Assembly: GCA_016748015.1 (NCBI GenBank)
Contig: JAAOMT010000341.1
Span: forward strand, 1 to 53,767
DNA length: 53,767 bases
DNA from: Geosiphon pyriformis uo1
Taxonomy: Eukaryota > Fungi > Glomeromycota
Direction: 5' to 3'
The notes under the pieces were generated by a model, which did no database searches, had not been told where the DNA came from, and worked only from the letters and a program-made list of their open reading frames with translations. This document shows positions 24,531 to 38,219 of the stretch, piece by piece. Each line of letters begins with the position of its first letter. The stretch's first letter is position 1. Both the position numbers and the translations under genes were made by a program.

Positions 24531-27016
24531 TCAACAAATCTTACTTCACGGTTAAGTTTAGAACATTCAATTCCAAGTTTCTATAGTTAACCTCTTTGGT
24601 AAAAAAATAATGTCAACATTTTTACACGACATAGAAAAATGTAGTCGCCTACTTGACTGTTTCAGTTACCTGATTTACTAATTAGAGTTTGGTATCAAAC
24701 GGAACGTCAATAATAGATATTGATAAGGTAAAAAATTAAAAATGAATAATTTGTTTTGTTTTTTTTTTAAACATATTTTTGACCAATATTGTTAAAATCT
24801 CTTAATCAGACAAAAAAAGGTAAAATTTTAAAATCGTCAAACAACATGTGAGATGAATGCATTTGTAATAATAAGAATAAGAATAGTAATAATAATAATA
24901 ATAATGTTAGGGATATTCTAACAAAAACTTACATCACGCCTCCTTAACTTGAAAAATATGATCTCATTCACCCTCGAATTATTATTTAAACGATATCCCG
25001 TAAGTGCTATTCAGGTATGTCTGATTTTGGTTTGGGCGTAGCATTCATTGACTGTAGATCTTTGTATATTAATTTTCATGCATAACTCTGGGGGGAGAGA
25101 CGTACAATAAGAATGAGTAAAAAAAACGACATATTCATAATTTTTTTTTTGCACATTATAAATTTCTATTTTGGAATCAGGGAGCCAAAGATTACATCAT
25201 CTGGGATTTACTATGTAATTCATTAAGACAATAATACTTGGAATTCGTGTATAAAAGTTTTTTTTTGGCGCAATATGAAGTAATAATAAAAATAAATAAA
25301 AAAAGTTTTTATTATTTGCAATGTTTTTTTAATTTCAATTATTATTTGTAAACAATAATTTTTTTGTCTGAAACATTTAATAATATAAAAAGTGTTTTTG
25401 AACAAATAATAATTAATCTTTATTATTATTATTATTATTATTATAAAAATATTTAAATTATTGATATATTGGTTTTTTTTTTCTGTCTTTGTTATTATTT
25501 ATTTGATTTTGATTTTTTTTTTGTAATAATAATATATTAATGTTTTATATTTTATATATGTTATATATGTTGTATATGTTATGTATATTATATATGTTAT
25601 ATTAAAAGCTTATGAACGAGAATAAATAACATAATTTTTTTATCATAAGTGTGATTATTAATTTTTTTTATTTTTTTAAATTCTCTAACTAAGTATGAAT
25701 CAATTAATCAAATCTAAATTTTTTTTATTTAAGTTAATCATATTTAAATAATTATTAAAAAAAGAATATATTTTATATAAAATTATTTTATTTTAAATAA
25801 TGAATTAATTAAATCATAATCATATAGAATTATTATTATTATTAAAATTTGATTAGACGAAAATTAAAAATATATATATTAAATTAAAAAAATTTTATTT
25901 TAAAATACCATTTATTGAAAAATCTTAACAAAATTTTTTTTCTAATTAATTTATAATTTTTAAAATTTTAATATTTAAAAAAAAAATTGTATAATGATTG
26001 ATTAAAATTTTCTTATAAAATATTTAAAACATCATAATTTTTATAATATACATTCAAACTTGTAAAAAAAAAAATTCGAAAAATTTTTTTTTTAATTGTA
26101 ATCTTTCTAAAAAAATCTTTGATTGAACCATTAATTAAAAACCCAATTTAAAATTATTTTTATTCTGAATTAAATAGTTATGTTTTGTTTTTTTTGTTTT
26201 TGTTTTTTAATTTTGAAAAATCTGCAATTAAAGAATTTTGGATCGAAAAAAAACAAAAAACAAAAAAAAACCCCCAAATTGTTAATTATTTTTTCTGTAT
26301 TACTTTCTGTAAAAATAAATAAAGCTATTTATTTTAAAAAAAAAATGTTTCATGATTTTTTACAAACTTGAAAAAAGTGATAACTTTTTATGATATAAAC
26401 CATTTAAACTTGAAAATCTAGATTATGTTAAATTATTAAAATACACTGTAATTATGAGTTATTTTTTACCTTTTCCCGTTTTTTAGTAAAGCTTTTAATT
26501 TCTTTACTCTTATTCTTCTTTGTAAAGATTATTGAAGATAGAATACATTAAATTTAGGAAACTAAATTACCATTTCATAAATGAATAAATACAAAAAATG
26601 TTTATTACTTTGTCAAATTTGATCATAAAAATATTTTTAGACTAAGATATTATCATTTCTTAATGTAAAGTCAAATTACAATCATCATAAAAATTAATTC
26701 AGGAATAATGACTATTCTCTTTTTTGACTTTGTATTACACTATTTAAAAATTCTTATGTGTATAAAAGTTTTAGCTTAGTTTATAAATCCCGATTGTGAG
26801 TAATAGATTGCCCAATTCAGAGAAAAGGTCCTCAAGGCATAAAAACTGAAAATATAGTCAAAAATCTTTGAAAAATAATGAAGCTAAAATTTTTAATCTA
26901 ACTTTTTCAAATTTTTCAATTTCTAGCAGTCTACGCAAAAAACTTTGATACAATCTATTCCCACCAATATCTGAACGAAAATCGAGTTTTAACTTTCCAT
27001 GGCTAATCTCTATTTA

Positions 27017-28108
27017 GAGTATGTGACAAAACTTATCACATATAATATTTTTATTTTTTTACGCAATCCAAATCAAATAACATCCAGATAAAAGTACTAT
27101 TCTGAATCGTAATTATTTACTGCTTTATATATATACTTCACATTAGAAATTAATCTGTGGTTCAAGGAATGCAGCAAGCAAAAATTAATCTATTTCTGAA
27201 GTGTGGGTGGACATTCGGTGTCAGAATCAATTAAATTCGTTAAGCTACCTATCTTTAACTGTGCGATACAATGTCACAAATTTGTAAAAAAACAGGACAA
27301 ATTGAGCACAAAATGCTGTACGGAGAAAAGTAAGTCAAATATTTCATAAGAATTCCTGTAAAAACTTGCTACCAAACTAAATACAGAGAGACATTTCATA
27401 TTGGAAAATTTACAAAAATCTAAAATCCTTTGGATATTTGAATTATTATGCTAATCCTGACAAAAGTGTAAAATAGAAATGTGTTTAATGAGCCAAATTT
27501 CACCTTAATGATAACCTTATTTCCGATGAAACAACATTTTAACTGTTCCCAAACACTAATAAATAATGATAAAAGGGAAAATTAAAACTCGTTCAAGACC
27601 AAAAGATCATATAAAAATTTTCTGTGAGGATTTTTATATGAAGAAAACTAGCATATTTCGCTTTCGGCATATTATGGATGTCAAGTTTTATTTTTGAAAT
27701 TTTGCAACAGCATTTTGGGGAAGTTAATGAGATAGTAGGGAAGGAGCGGTAAGGAGGGGTACTTTCAACAAAATAACAGTCTCAAACATACAAGTTGAGC
27801 AATTAAGGCGTTTCTCACTGGAAATCGTAAAAATGTGAAGTAGAAAAAAGAATAGCGCAAAATATAGATAAAATCGGAACATTATGAAGAATGGAATTCT
27901 TTGCCAATAACTTTGTTGATAATTTAGTAAATTTAATGTCGTGACATTTCGAGTTAATTATTGAGAATAAAAGCGAAAGAATTGCATATTAAATCTTATA
28001 CTTAATAAAATCTGTTGCTTTTTGGCCTTTCTAACAATATATATGTAATCATATGATTTCATTCCATAGAACTGTGACAAAATTTGTAATTTTTTTTGTC
28101 ACACACTG
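27017..28108 (+). mobile_element. Old, degenerate Tc1-family transposon with DDE transposase remnants
   Basis: The ends are TA|GAGTATGTGACAAAA and TTTTGTCACACACTG|TA (13/15 inverted match). Frameshifted remnants: ISDETTF*LFPNT (first Asp, ~27520), IMDVKFY..EILQQH, FQQNNSLKHTS (compare FQQDNDPKHTS, ~27765) and LIIENKSERIAY* (~27990). Confidence 0.85.
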
Positions 28109-28693
28109 TATATGTAAAGAAAAAAAAGACTTTCCTAGCTCCTATTGCGTTTTAATTCGAGAAATCTGAGTAACTTCGAAGTGTCAATAAAATATTTATT
28201 TGTATATAAATAACGTAGTGATTCACAATAAATCCTTTATACTAAACAGCCAGGAGCATTTATTTCTGTTCCTAATTTATATAAGAAATGTAAAACTGAA
28301 CAATTTCAAAGGGCCTCAAGATGTTGAGCTGAAATTACTTTTTTTCCAGTCTCAAAGAAATCATGAACCTCCTTTCATTGATTTGAATCTCCAAAATTGA
28401 TCAACTTATAGCAAAAATAGTATTTAGATTCTAAATAAAACTTTTCATATTACATAGTAAATGGATTTTATGCATCATATTAATGATCCTAAAATAAATT
28501 TAACCTTTGGAGCTTTCATCAATTTTTATTAAAAGTTTAATTTAGACAAAAAAATTAGTTTTTATAAAATGTTAAAAAATATAAATTACATTGTTAAAAT
28601 ATTAATTTAAATACATATATAAAGAATTGGATAATTAAAAAGTAATTATTATGTTTGGGCTTTTATCCTTATAATCTAATGAAAATACGAACC

Positions 28694-30973
28694 TCAAGCA
28701 CTTGGTTGACTACCTGATCCTGAGGCGATCGGGTGAGGTTCACTCTCATGTTTCTCATTATATACAAAACTCTCATATCTCTCATCATATACAGAACTCA
28801 CATGATTGCTAATATTGGGCTGAAAAATGATTTTTACACCCACAGGTGAGAAGTACCAAAAAATCGCTCCAATTAACGCTACAATAATGCTTGTTAAATA
28901 TGGAAGATAGTAAGGGTAGGTGGTTTTTGTATAATGTGAGTCGCAAATTCTCTCGTCTCCATTGATAAGTAGAGTAAAATTGGTATGATTCTGCTCCTGA
29001 TTTTGAGTTGTTTCATCAGAAACAAAGGAACCAATAAATATCAATGCCGCGAAAAGGGCAAAGATAATTGGTATGAATCTTGGTATTAGTCTCTGTTCGA
29101 TTACTCCTCTTCGTTGTAGTAGCTTGCAAAAGAATTTTTTAAAGAGTTGAAAAATGTTTTATTGAGAAAAATAATAGTTGTTTAACGAGTTTAAATTATG
29201 CTCACCACTAAACCAAAAACAGTAAGACCCAAGTAGGCGAAAGAAGAATGTTCGGATACCGAAACTAAAAACTTGAAAGGATCACTGGTTGGAGAACACA
29301 ATGTAATCAACAAGCACCATATAGCTTGGGCCGCCTAAAGTGAAAAATTATAGATCTCTTTATAGAGACTTAAATTTTCATACATTAAACCATTTGATTT
29401 CTTACCATTGCATTTACAGGAGTATCTGTTCGTGTATTCCATTGTCTGAGCCATGGTGAAAACCAAGGAATATATTCTCGATGTGCCGCGGCTACAATTA
29501 TTCGTGCCCCCGTAGAAAACACGACACCTAGAGCTCCGAAAGCGGAACAAGCGATAAAGAACGCTAATATCCTAGCCGCAGTTTGCCCTCCAATAGCGGA
29601 CGCCAATTGACCACCAATTATTTCGCTCAAGCCTGAACCAGATTGTACAGCAAGATTATAGGGTACAATTGTATATGCAATATTTACTAGGATATCTGAA
29701 CTCAAAAGAATTTTGAGTATAAAGTTTAGATTAATCTCTCAAATTAAATAAATTGAAATCCTCAACGAAATTTGTTCTTACATAAGATGCTCACAAGGAC
29801 GACACTCAAAATATTAGAAAGTGTAAGAGATGCTTCTGGAACTAATTCATCCACCATAACTTTTAATTAAAAAATTAAAAAGATTTTAGTTTATGAAATT
29901 TAATTGATTCTCAATGAAAACAAGAACTAAGGAGTACATACAATTCAAATTATTCCATCCGCTATAGGTAAAAAGCACAGGTAACATCGAGGAAATAAAA
30001 GATTTTAGAGTAAATCTTGAATTTTTAAAGTAATTTTTCCAGTTGTCGTTACCCCAATTAACGATTGATCGCTTCATATAAATAAAACCAATAAGCGCAA
30101 CTGTAGTAAGCGTCAAGATCTTAATAATCGCCAAGGCTTGGTTTATTCGATTGGCCCATTTGCTCGGCAGCATATTATAGGCCATAATTACAAGTATAGC
30201 AGCTGATATTGTTCGTATTCGCCTGTGAAAAATTTTCAATTTTATTCAAAAACGAAATTTGAAGAAAATAAATAAATTTTAGTTTCTTACCAAAACTCGT
30301 AACTTTTTAGATTCCATTCTGGATGCAGGTTATCTGAAGCATCACATGGATCATTAGCAGTAAACGAGTATATTATATATTGGGCAACGATATTTGCCTC
30401 AGCCGCCATAGCACCCGGTCGTATGGCACTAGCTTAAATGCTTAGATACTTGATTGGGTAGATTTGAATAATAGAGTTTATAAAAAGTTCAATGACTTAC
30501 ACTATCATGGAGAAACTGAACATGTAACTGAAGAGTGCCCGAGGATTTCGGAAGCTTTCTCTTAAATAGACCACTTCACCACCACCGTCCCTAATTGAGC
30601 TTCCCAACTAAAAAATAGAATTAGTTAGCTAATTTCGGGAAAGTATTTACCAAAGTTTTGGTTAGTTTCAACAAACCTCAGCATATGATAAAGAACCAAA
30701 TAAAGAGACGAATGCCCCTAATATCCAATAAATTAAAGCCATTCCTGGTGATCCAGCTTCATTTAAAGATAAAGATTATAAAAGATAATCTTGAGTTCTA
30801 ATTATGAATTGAAATTAAACCATCAAGAACTTACCTGATGATAGAACTAATCCCGGTGTTGAAAAGATCCCGGCGCCTATCATGTTGTTAGAATTATTTC
30901 CAATACCGCTGAGATTCGTTAGAAATCTATTTCTTTGTGGAGTTTCTTTATAAGGGCGAATCTCTTGAGCCAT
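28694..30973 (-). CDS. APC-superfamily (LAT/methionine-permease-like) amino-acid permease, copy B, intact, 9 exons
   Basis: All 8 introns are GT..AG and keep the frame. Motifs: NNMIGAGIFSTPGLVL, GSPGMALIYW, YAELGSSIRDGGGE, YSGWNNLN, ARIIVAAAHREYIP, TDTPVNAM. Multiple TM helices. Confidence 0.92.
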
Positions 30974-33671
30974 TTTGTTATTTTGTAAGTAATTAAGAAC
31001 TTTGATGAGTACTCTTAAGAGTTATATTGAGAAAATTCTTTCAAGTGGATGAATTATAAATAAAGAAAAAAAATAGATTTATAAAATACATGTCGAAAAT
31101 TAACCGGTTTAAATCCTGCCGATAAATCTTACGATTTAAATTTACTAATTTAAAATATTAACCATTTTGTCAAAAGAGAACGACACAAAAGAAGATTATG
31201 CTGTAACATGTTAAGGAATGACAATGTACCCCTAGGTTTTAACAGTATAGAAAGTGATAAAAATCAGCAACCTAAGGAATTAACCAAGATGAATAGTAGA
31301 GAAAGAAAGGAATTTGGCATATAGTCAATTATTTAATTCTTAAGTGTATAGAACTTCTCCAGAGTTGAAAAACTCTTTTCAAATTCTTAATAAATTTTTA
31401 ATTAAAAGATTTTCTAAGTCGACTTCCTTTTCTTGAAGATATTATAATGCGAGTATTGATTAATTGGAAAATTCTTCCTGAGCACATGTACCATTTTTTA
31501 ATTTGAGCACTAATATAAGGTTTGCTTTTTGGTATTGATTATTTTGCATCACTTTAAGCCTTATTTATTAAAAAAAATACTCCCATAATTATTTTATTTC
31601 AGAAATGTTTAACAGCCATAGGGTTTCAGAGTGAAATTGAATTATTTAAAGAGAAATGAATAGAATTTATAATCACCATTTAAGTCTTATATATGCACAA
31701 TAAACTTATTGGAAATTTCAATACTTAGTAAATTTTTCTAATTATATGTATTAATTTTCGCATTTAAATAAAATAGGAATTTATTGTTTCATTTTGCGAT
31801 ATAAAATTTTCATCAAAAATTAACAAAGGATTATCGAGTAACACACAAATTTGAATTTACTCTCTTTGTTAGTCCAAATTTATCCTTACCGAGCTTTTAA
31901 AATTTAGGTACAGCAGCAAATGATTTACCGAAGTTTGGGCGTTTTCCATTTTAGGGATTCAGCCCAATATATTCGCACAAATGAAGATTCTAAAGTTAAG
32001 CAAACTCGTTTTGACTTATTATGGAAATGCTTTTCTTAAAATGAAAAGCCATTTCATGCTATTCATTTAAATAGGATTTACACGACTTCTATACTTAGGA
32101 TCGTTATCTTGTTGAAAGTGTCATTTCTTCCATTAATTTCTCCAAACATGCTATTGCAAAAATCTCAATGTATAGCTTCCTCCTTCATATAAAAGACTAC
32201 TCCACGCAAATCTTTAATTGTGTTTGGGAAATAGTTGAAATACTGTTTCGTTAGAAATAAAGTTTTTTTTTCCGTTATTTTTAAGATAAAATTTAGTTTT
32301 TCAACATGTTTCTGCTTTTGAACTTTTATCAGTATCAGCGTAATAAGTCGTAGATTTTTTGTATCTCCAAGTGATTTTAAATATCTGCCAATCGTGTCTG
32401 CTCACTCTATTCTAGTTTTATAGCAATTTTTCCCAGAATTTATTGACCTACTTTTCTCTATACATGTGTCGTAATATTCTTGCGACGACCATTATCCCAA
32501 AAAACAATTTAAAGACAGCAAATATTTGTCAATACTATTAAAAAATTTTTATTAATAGCAGAAATTTATCCCAATTTAATTTCAAAAAAAATTAAAATTC
32601 TAAACAGTTATTATCTATTCTAAATTAATTGCTTGCGATCCTTCAATTATAAAAAAATAGCAAGATAAATTTTGATTTATCATGCAATAGAAATATATTA
32701 TGGTACTTTCAAAAAAAAGTATTCTCTAAAAGAGGCGATGTACATAATAGCAGATAAATGAGGCAGCCTTTACCAAAAGATCGAATTAAAAGTAAAGACG
32801 ATTCGAAACGATAAAATTTGTTTTAATAAAAAATTTGTTATTTTGGCTTTTCTGACAATATAATTTCGTGGAACTGTTAATGATGCTTTTTAAAAGTTAA
32901 AATTCACCAAAAACTTTAATATATAGTGACTTGCCATCTTGGAATAAAAATTTGTCAGCAAGAATGCTTCAAATTTATAATTTGGCCATTAAAGAAAATA
33001 TTTCAGTTAAAATTCAAATATCAACAGTATTGAATTTATAAATTTTTTTAAAATATGAAGTGATTTATGAGAAACAAAAGTTCTATTCTTAAAATACTTA
33101 TCTTAATATGAAATGCAAATCGAAAATCATCATTATTTTGATACAATTTTATTTTTAAATTTTATTTACACTTTTAAAAATAAGCCCTATCTCATTATTT
33201 TGATAATTTAATAATGATCAGATAAATATGGCTTTTTAATCTTGATAAATATTAAAAAATTTATCATAATTTTAATAAACCATAGTTACAATTAGGAATA
33301 AAAATATAACTGAAATCCAATACTCAATAATAGGGGTATTAAACAAACAAAATAAAAAAATTATCTCAAGCTTTCATTCGCAAGCCGGAATTTTAATATT
33401 AGCAAAACAGCTTTTCAGGAAACATATTAATTATGGTTAGAAAACTCATTGATCAAACAATTGATTTATTTTAAAAAAGTTAAATTAGAGTAAGCGCTTT
33501 TTTATCAAATGAGTGCGCACCAACTTTCATAAATATGATCTAACTCTTGATTATTTCACTTGAAAAAGTTTATTTATTATAGTGTTTGCTATATATATAA
33601 ACATTTTCAACTTGTCATGTTATTAAAGATATTTAATATCACAAAGACTTTTCCTCGAGTAAAAGTTTATA

Positions 33672-36600
33672 ATGGTAGGTTGCTGAATTTGAATGTTGTG
33701 AATTGAAAATACTGCTGAATTCGTTGGCTTTTCTCAAATTTTACTAAACTTTAGCGCCTATATTCAAATTCGAATGAAGAGCACTCGTCAAATAGCCGTA
33801 AAGAGGGTAAATTTTAGTCTTCTGTGAATATATTCAAATTTGAAATTAAAAACTCACTTGAAAAATTTCAAACGCGGATTTGAAGAAATTTTTGACGACG
33901 AGTTTAATGATGATTTTAGCGATGATGGGGAAGATTCTCTTACTTTCATGGAATTTTCTAATCTAACTTTTGGGACAAAGCCTTTGAAATTTGACCCCAC
34001 TGATTTCGTTTGTGGAGAATTGGATATTGCCAAGTTTTGTCAACTTGTTGAACCAATGCTTCAAATTGGTGAACAGGGAATTCTACGCAACCTTTTCCCA
34101 CATTTAATTGACCTTCTTAACCGAACAATCACTTTTGAGAAGATTCCTACCTGTATCCAAGAAATTCTCAAAATTAATTCGAACCCAACCCTTAAAAAAT
34201 TAGAAACCTGTAAAGGTCGTGATTATCTCGTGGTGTTTCTTGATCATATTCCTGATCAGTCTTTGCCAAAAATGCTCGGTACACTTGTATCTTCCAATAT
34301 ACCTGTCCCTCTCCTTTTGACAAAGGAATATCAGTGCTATGAGAAAGGTCTCAGAGTACTATCTGCTCTACGTGATATAGTAATTGAAAAGGAATACTGT
34401 CTTTTACTGCTTATGAACTTGACAACATCTCAATTGGAGATTCCTTTTGCCAAACAGCTTTATCCTGCCTCATGCAAAAATCGTGAGAAACCCACAGGGG
34501 TTACCTTTCCTGGCTCAATTGATATTACCTTCCACCCGGCATCAGAAAATAGGCTTCGCAGACCTATAGCTATTGCTGAAGCATATAACCCTGCGCTCAC
34601 ATCGGATCCATTTCAAAGTATCATTAAAAACTTATCGAGAGAGGCATTCTTCATTATTCTGAATACCTCTGAACTTGATTTTACTGGCAGTGAACCTACC
34701 CAAGAGCTTGGAGAGCAAATTGAATTCATTACTAGAAACTTGGATGGGAAATTAAGTAAAAGATTTTTGGTCCTTTATACGGACTCGAAATCACAACCAG
34801 CTACCATTCGGCGTGAAATGTTTAAACAACGAAAGCACTCACTAGAAGCATTGTTCCATCTTCATAATAATAAAGTTAATGCCCTCTCTGAGTTTTACAT
34901 CAAGGTTATTTCGATTGAAAAAATGGAACAAAATCTGAAAGATATTAAAAGAGATATTTTGGTTCAGTTGCCCCCTGAAAATCAGCAACGCCTGTATCCT
35001 CCTCTTGGTATCAGGCTGCCTTCTAGAGAGGTGCTAATTATCTGGTCAGACACAAGTGATGATACTTTCGCCAGATCAATGATGCAACTCGGTTTTCAGA
35101 CCGGTGTAAATGGTTTTCGCCGCGCTCAAATATTCCCGGCATCTAATTATGAACGAGAAATTGAAAATCTTAAAGATAAAAGACGTTTAAGCTCCGATAA
35201 ATATTCCAATTACATTTCGGATGAAGAAAATATCAAGAAATTTAATTTGGAAAAGACGCGTATTGGGGATTCTCCTCGGATCTCTGTTCTTGAGCTCTTT
35301 TCTCGAGCAATAATCAACAATAATTTCATCGAGATGAAGAATTTTGCTCGAGATATTGACAATGCATTTAAAACTCATTTACAAATGCTTTCGTTACAAG
35401 AAAGTAGATCTACACAAAATCCAAACGACATAACGCGGGAACAACTCAAACAACAAATTGAGGATAACGATATTTCGATACATGATTTTTGGAGAGAATT
35501 TGTGATTCTCTCGACAACCAGATACACTCGCGATCTAACTGTTTTGGAAAAACTATATGGAGTGAAACCAAGGTTCGTTAAAACTGCTTCAATCTTTTTT
35601 TCACTAATTTAGAAAGCTAAAACTATTTGATATTGTAACCAGCCATCTTCAAAATGCTTATAAAACATGGGTTANNNNNNNNNNNNNNNNNNNNNNNNNN
35701 NNNNNNNNNNNNNNNNNNNNNNNNNNNNNNNNNNNNNNNNNNNNNNNNNNNNNNNNNNNNNNNNNNNNNNNNNNNNNNNNNNNNNNNNNNNNNNNNNNNN
35801 NNNNNNNNNNNNNNNNNNNNNNNNNNNNNNNNNNNNNNNNNNNNNNNNNNNNNNNNNNNNNNNNNNNNNNNNNNNNNNNNNNNNNNNNNNNNNNNNNNNN
35901 NNNNNNNNNNNNNNNNNNNNNNNNNNNNNNNNNNNNNNNNNNNNNNNNNNNNNNNNNNNNNNNNNNNNNNNNNNNNNNNNNNNNNNNNNNNNNNNNNNNN
36001 NNNNNNNNNNNNNNNNNNNNNNNNNNNNNNNNNNNNNNNNNNNNNNNNNNNNNNNNNNNNNNNNNNNNNNNNNNNNNNNNNNNNNNNNNNNNNNNNNNNN
36101 NNNNNNNNNNNNNNNNNNNNNNNNNNNNNNNNNNNNNNNNNNNNNNNNNNNNNNNNNNNNNNNNNNNNNNNNNNNNNNNNNNNNNNNNNNNNNNNNNNNN
36201 NNNNNNNNNNNNNNNNNNNNNNNNNNNNNNNNNNNNNNNNNNNNNNNNNNNNNNNNNNNNNNNNNNNNNNNNNNNNNNNNNNNNNNNNNNNNNNNNNNNN
36301 NNNNNNNNNNNNNNNNTTTCAAGAAAAGGCTCTATTAAATGATGCAGAAAAGAACTTCAAAGAAACTATTCGGCGATATAATACACTTGATGAAGCAGCA
36401 AAACTAAAAACTGATCAAGAAAGGTCTCAAAAATTGTTCAATGATGCATGGCACGATGTGGAAACTTTCCACAAGACTTCTATGGAAAATATGGTACTCA
36501 ACGAAGTTCAGCTGCAGGAGCGTGTGGTTGATTCTTTCAATAAGGCTATACAACGTGGTCAAAGCAATGTTAAAATACATGAACTGAAATCCAGAATGCA

Positions 36601-38219
36601 GTTTGACCGAAAATTCTGGATGAAGTTGGAGAGGCCTGCGGCGTTACAAAAATACTTGAATGCTGATCTTCAGGAGGTTCTTGAAAATATTGAATTGAAG
36701 AGCAATAATTACTTTACAAAAATCAAGAATAAATTGCGGCTTGCTGAAAAGGAAAAGCAAAATTTGAAAAACAAAGCTGCAACGGCTATTCTTGAACATA
36801 TTTCTCTTCTATGCGCAACAATTTGCAGCCAAATCTCCCATCAAAAGATCTTGAGAAATGAGTATGATGAAACTTTTCAATGGCTTCAAAAGTTTTCAGA
36901 CGATTTATTTCTTTTTATGAGTAATCAATTCAATGATCCAAATGCCGAATTTTTTCTTGAGCTAAATGATTTTAACATAATTGAGGTAGGCTATTAAACT
37001 GAATGAATTGTTTTTAACCCTTGTATAATATTAATTAATCAAATTATCTTACCAGAAATTTTATCGATGGGAAATCTATTCTACTTTGCAAAAGAATAAT
37101 GCTCAATGGCTTGAGGAACAGAAGGGAAAGTTAGAAAAATACAAAAATGAACTTGAAACAACTTTTAGAGAACTGGTGGCAAATAACTTTTCTTTTCAAT
37201 CTCTCTCTAAAAACTTCTCAAAACACATTATCAATCGATTCGAGAAAACGCTTATTACCCTCGAAAAGAGCGCTCAAAATGATGTTGAGGAATATATCAA
37301 AGGCTGGGTTACTAAATATGGAGCCACCAACGAAGCGCACGAACGCAGTCTTGGCAAGTGTGATCTAAAAGCAGCACGCTGGTATATAAATGATCTGAAA
37401 GGATATATAAGGCATGTTTTCGATGAAGAGACCAAAAAGCTTCTTGAAGATATTAAAGAGAAAAAAGTTAAAAACATCATGGAAAAGATTGAAGAAACCC
37501 AATCTTCTCTTATGTCCCTTATTGATAAAGATTGGAGTCGAAGCTTTTCAGAAACTCTTGAAGATATTATTTCCAAACACGCGTGTTCCTCTCAATCAAA
37601 GAACGTCCATCAGTATGTAGAAAACTTCCCCTTCGCTTGTTATTGTCGGGTAGATAGATCATCACGAATCTGGGATGCACTCAAGCGAGATCTAGCCAAT
37701 GAATTTAAGGAATTAGAAGGAAATTGGGAAAGAGGAACAAATTCTCGCCTTCAAGCTCTCATTACAAGTACAATTAACATAAACTGGAGTAAAATAGTAG
37801 GCTGTACAGCACTTTGTCCTACTTGCAAAGCAAAATGTGAACTTCCTGAAGGTGATCATACTCATGAAACCTCAACACACATCTTGGCTGCTTTCGGTGG
37901 ATTTCATGACGTGGATACTCTTAAGGCGACTTTAATTAATTATTCTGACTTAGTTGCGAGTGATAAAATAAACTGGCTGGGTCTTATTGGAGCATCATTT
38001 CTTTCAATCAATATATATATGCAAATCAATATATATATGCAAATCAATAGATATATGCAAATCAATCAGCCTAAATGGAAACCGCTATCATTTGGTCAAG
38101 TTCAAGAAGAAAAAGCAAGAAATATGAAACATATTTAGTGGCATTTGAGAAAAGAGTTATGTGAAAAATATTATATGATAAACTCAACCCCAAATGATTA
38201 GGAGAGATATTCTCGGTAA
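33672..38219 (+). CDS. Very large inducible GTPase (VLIG/GVIN1/URGCP-like); the G domain is presumably inside the assembly gap; 3' end has in-frame TAGs
   Basis: Pre-G-domain motif ISIHDFWRE (compare GLEHxxRE). C-terminal GCTALCPTCKAKC...HTHETSTH...GGFH...YSDLVASD resembles the GVIN1 CxxxCPFC..C..H..H..CTSLVASD tail. Introns near 35573-35642 and 36986-37055. The start exons are inferred, and the P-loop itself is not visible. Confidence 0.78.
35675..36316. other. Assembly gap (642 N)
   Basis: Run of N. Confidence 1.
38006..38066 (+). repeat. In-frame 18-bp tandem repeat, about 3.4 copies (INIYMQ), inside the VLIG tail
   Basis: AATCAATA(T/G)ATATATGCA x3 followed by AATCAAT. Confidence 0.9.

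Noticed and set aside
31850-32500. Decayed minus-strand coding-like segment (WSSQEYYDTCIEK...)
   Set aside because: Too fragmentary to call as a feature or assign to a family.
35654-36338. ORFs made mostly of X
   Set aside because: Artefacts of the N gap; only the part after 36317 in the 35654 frame is real VLIG exon.
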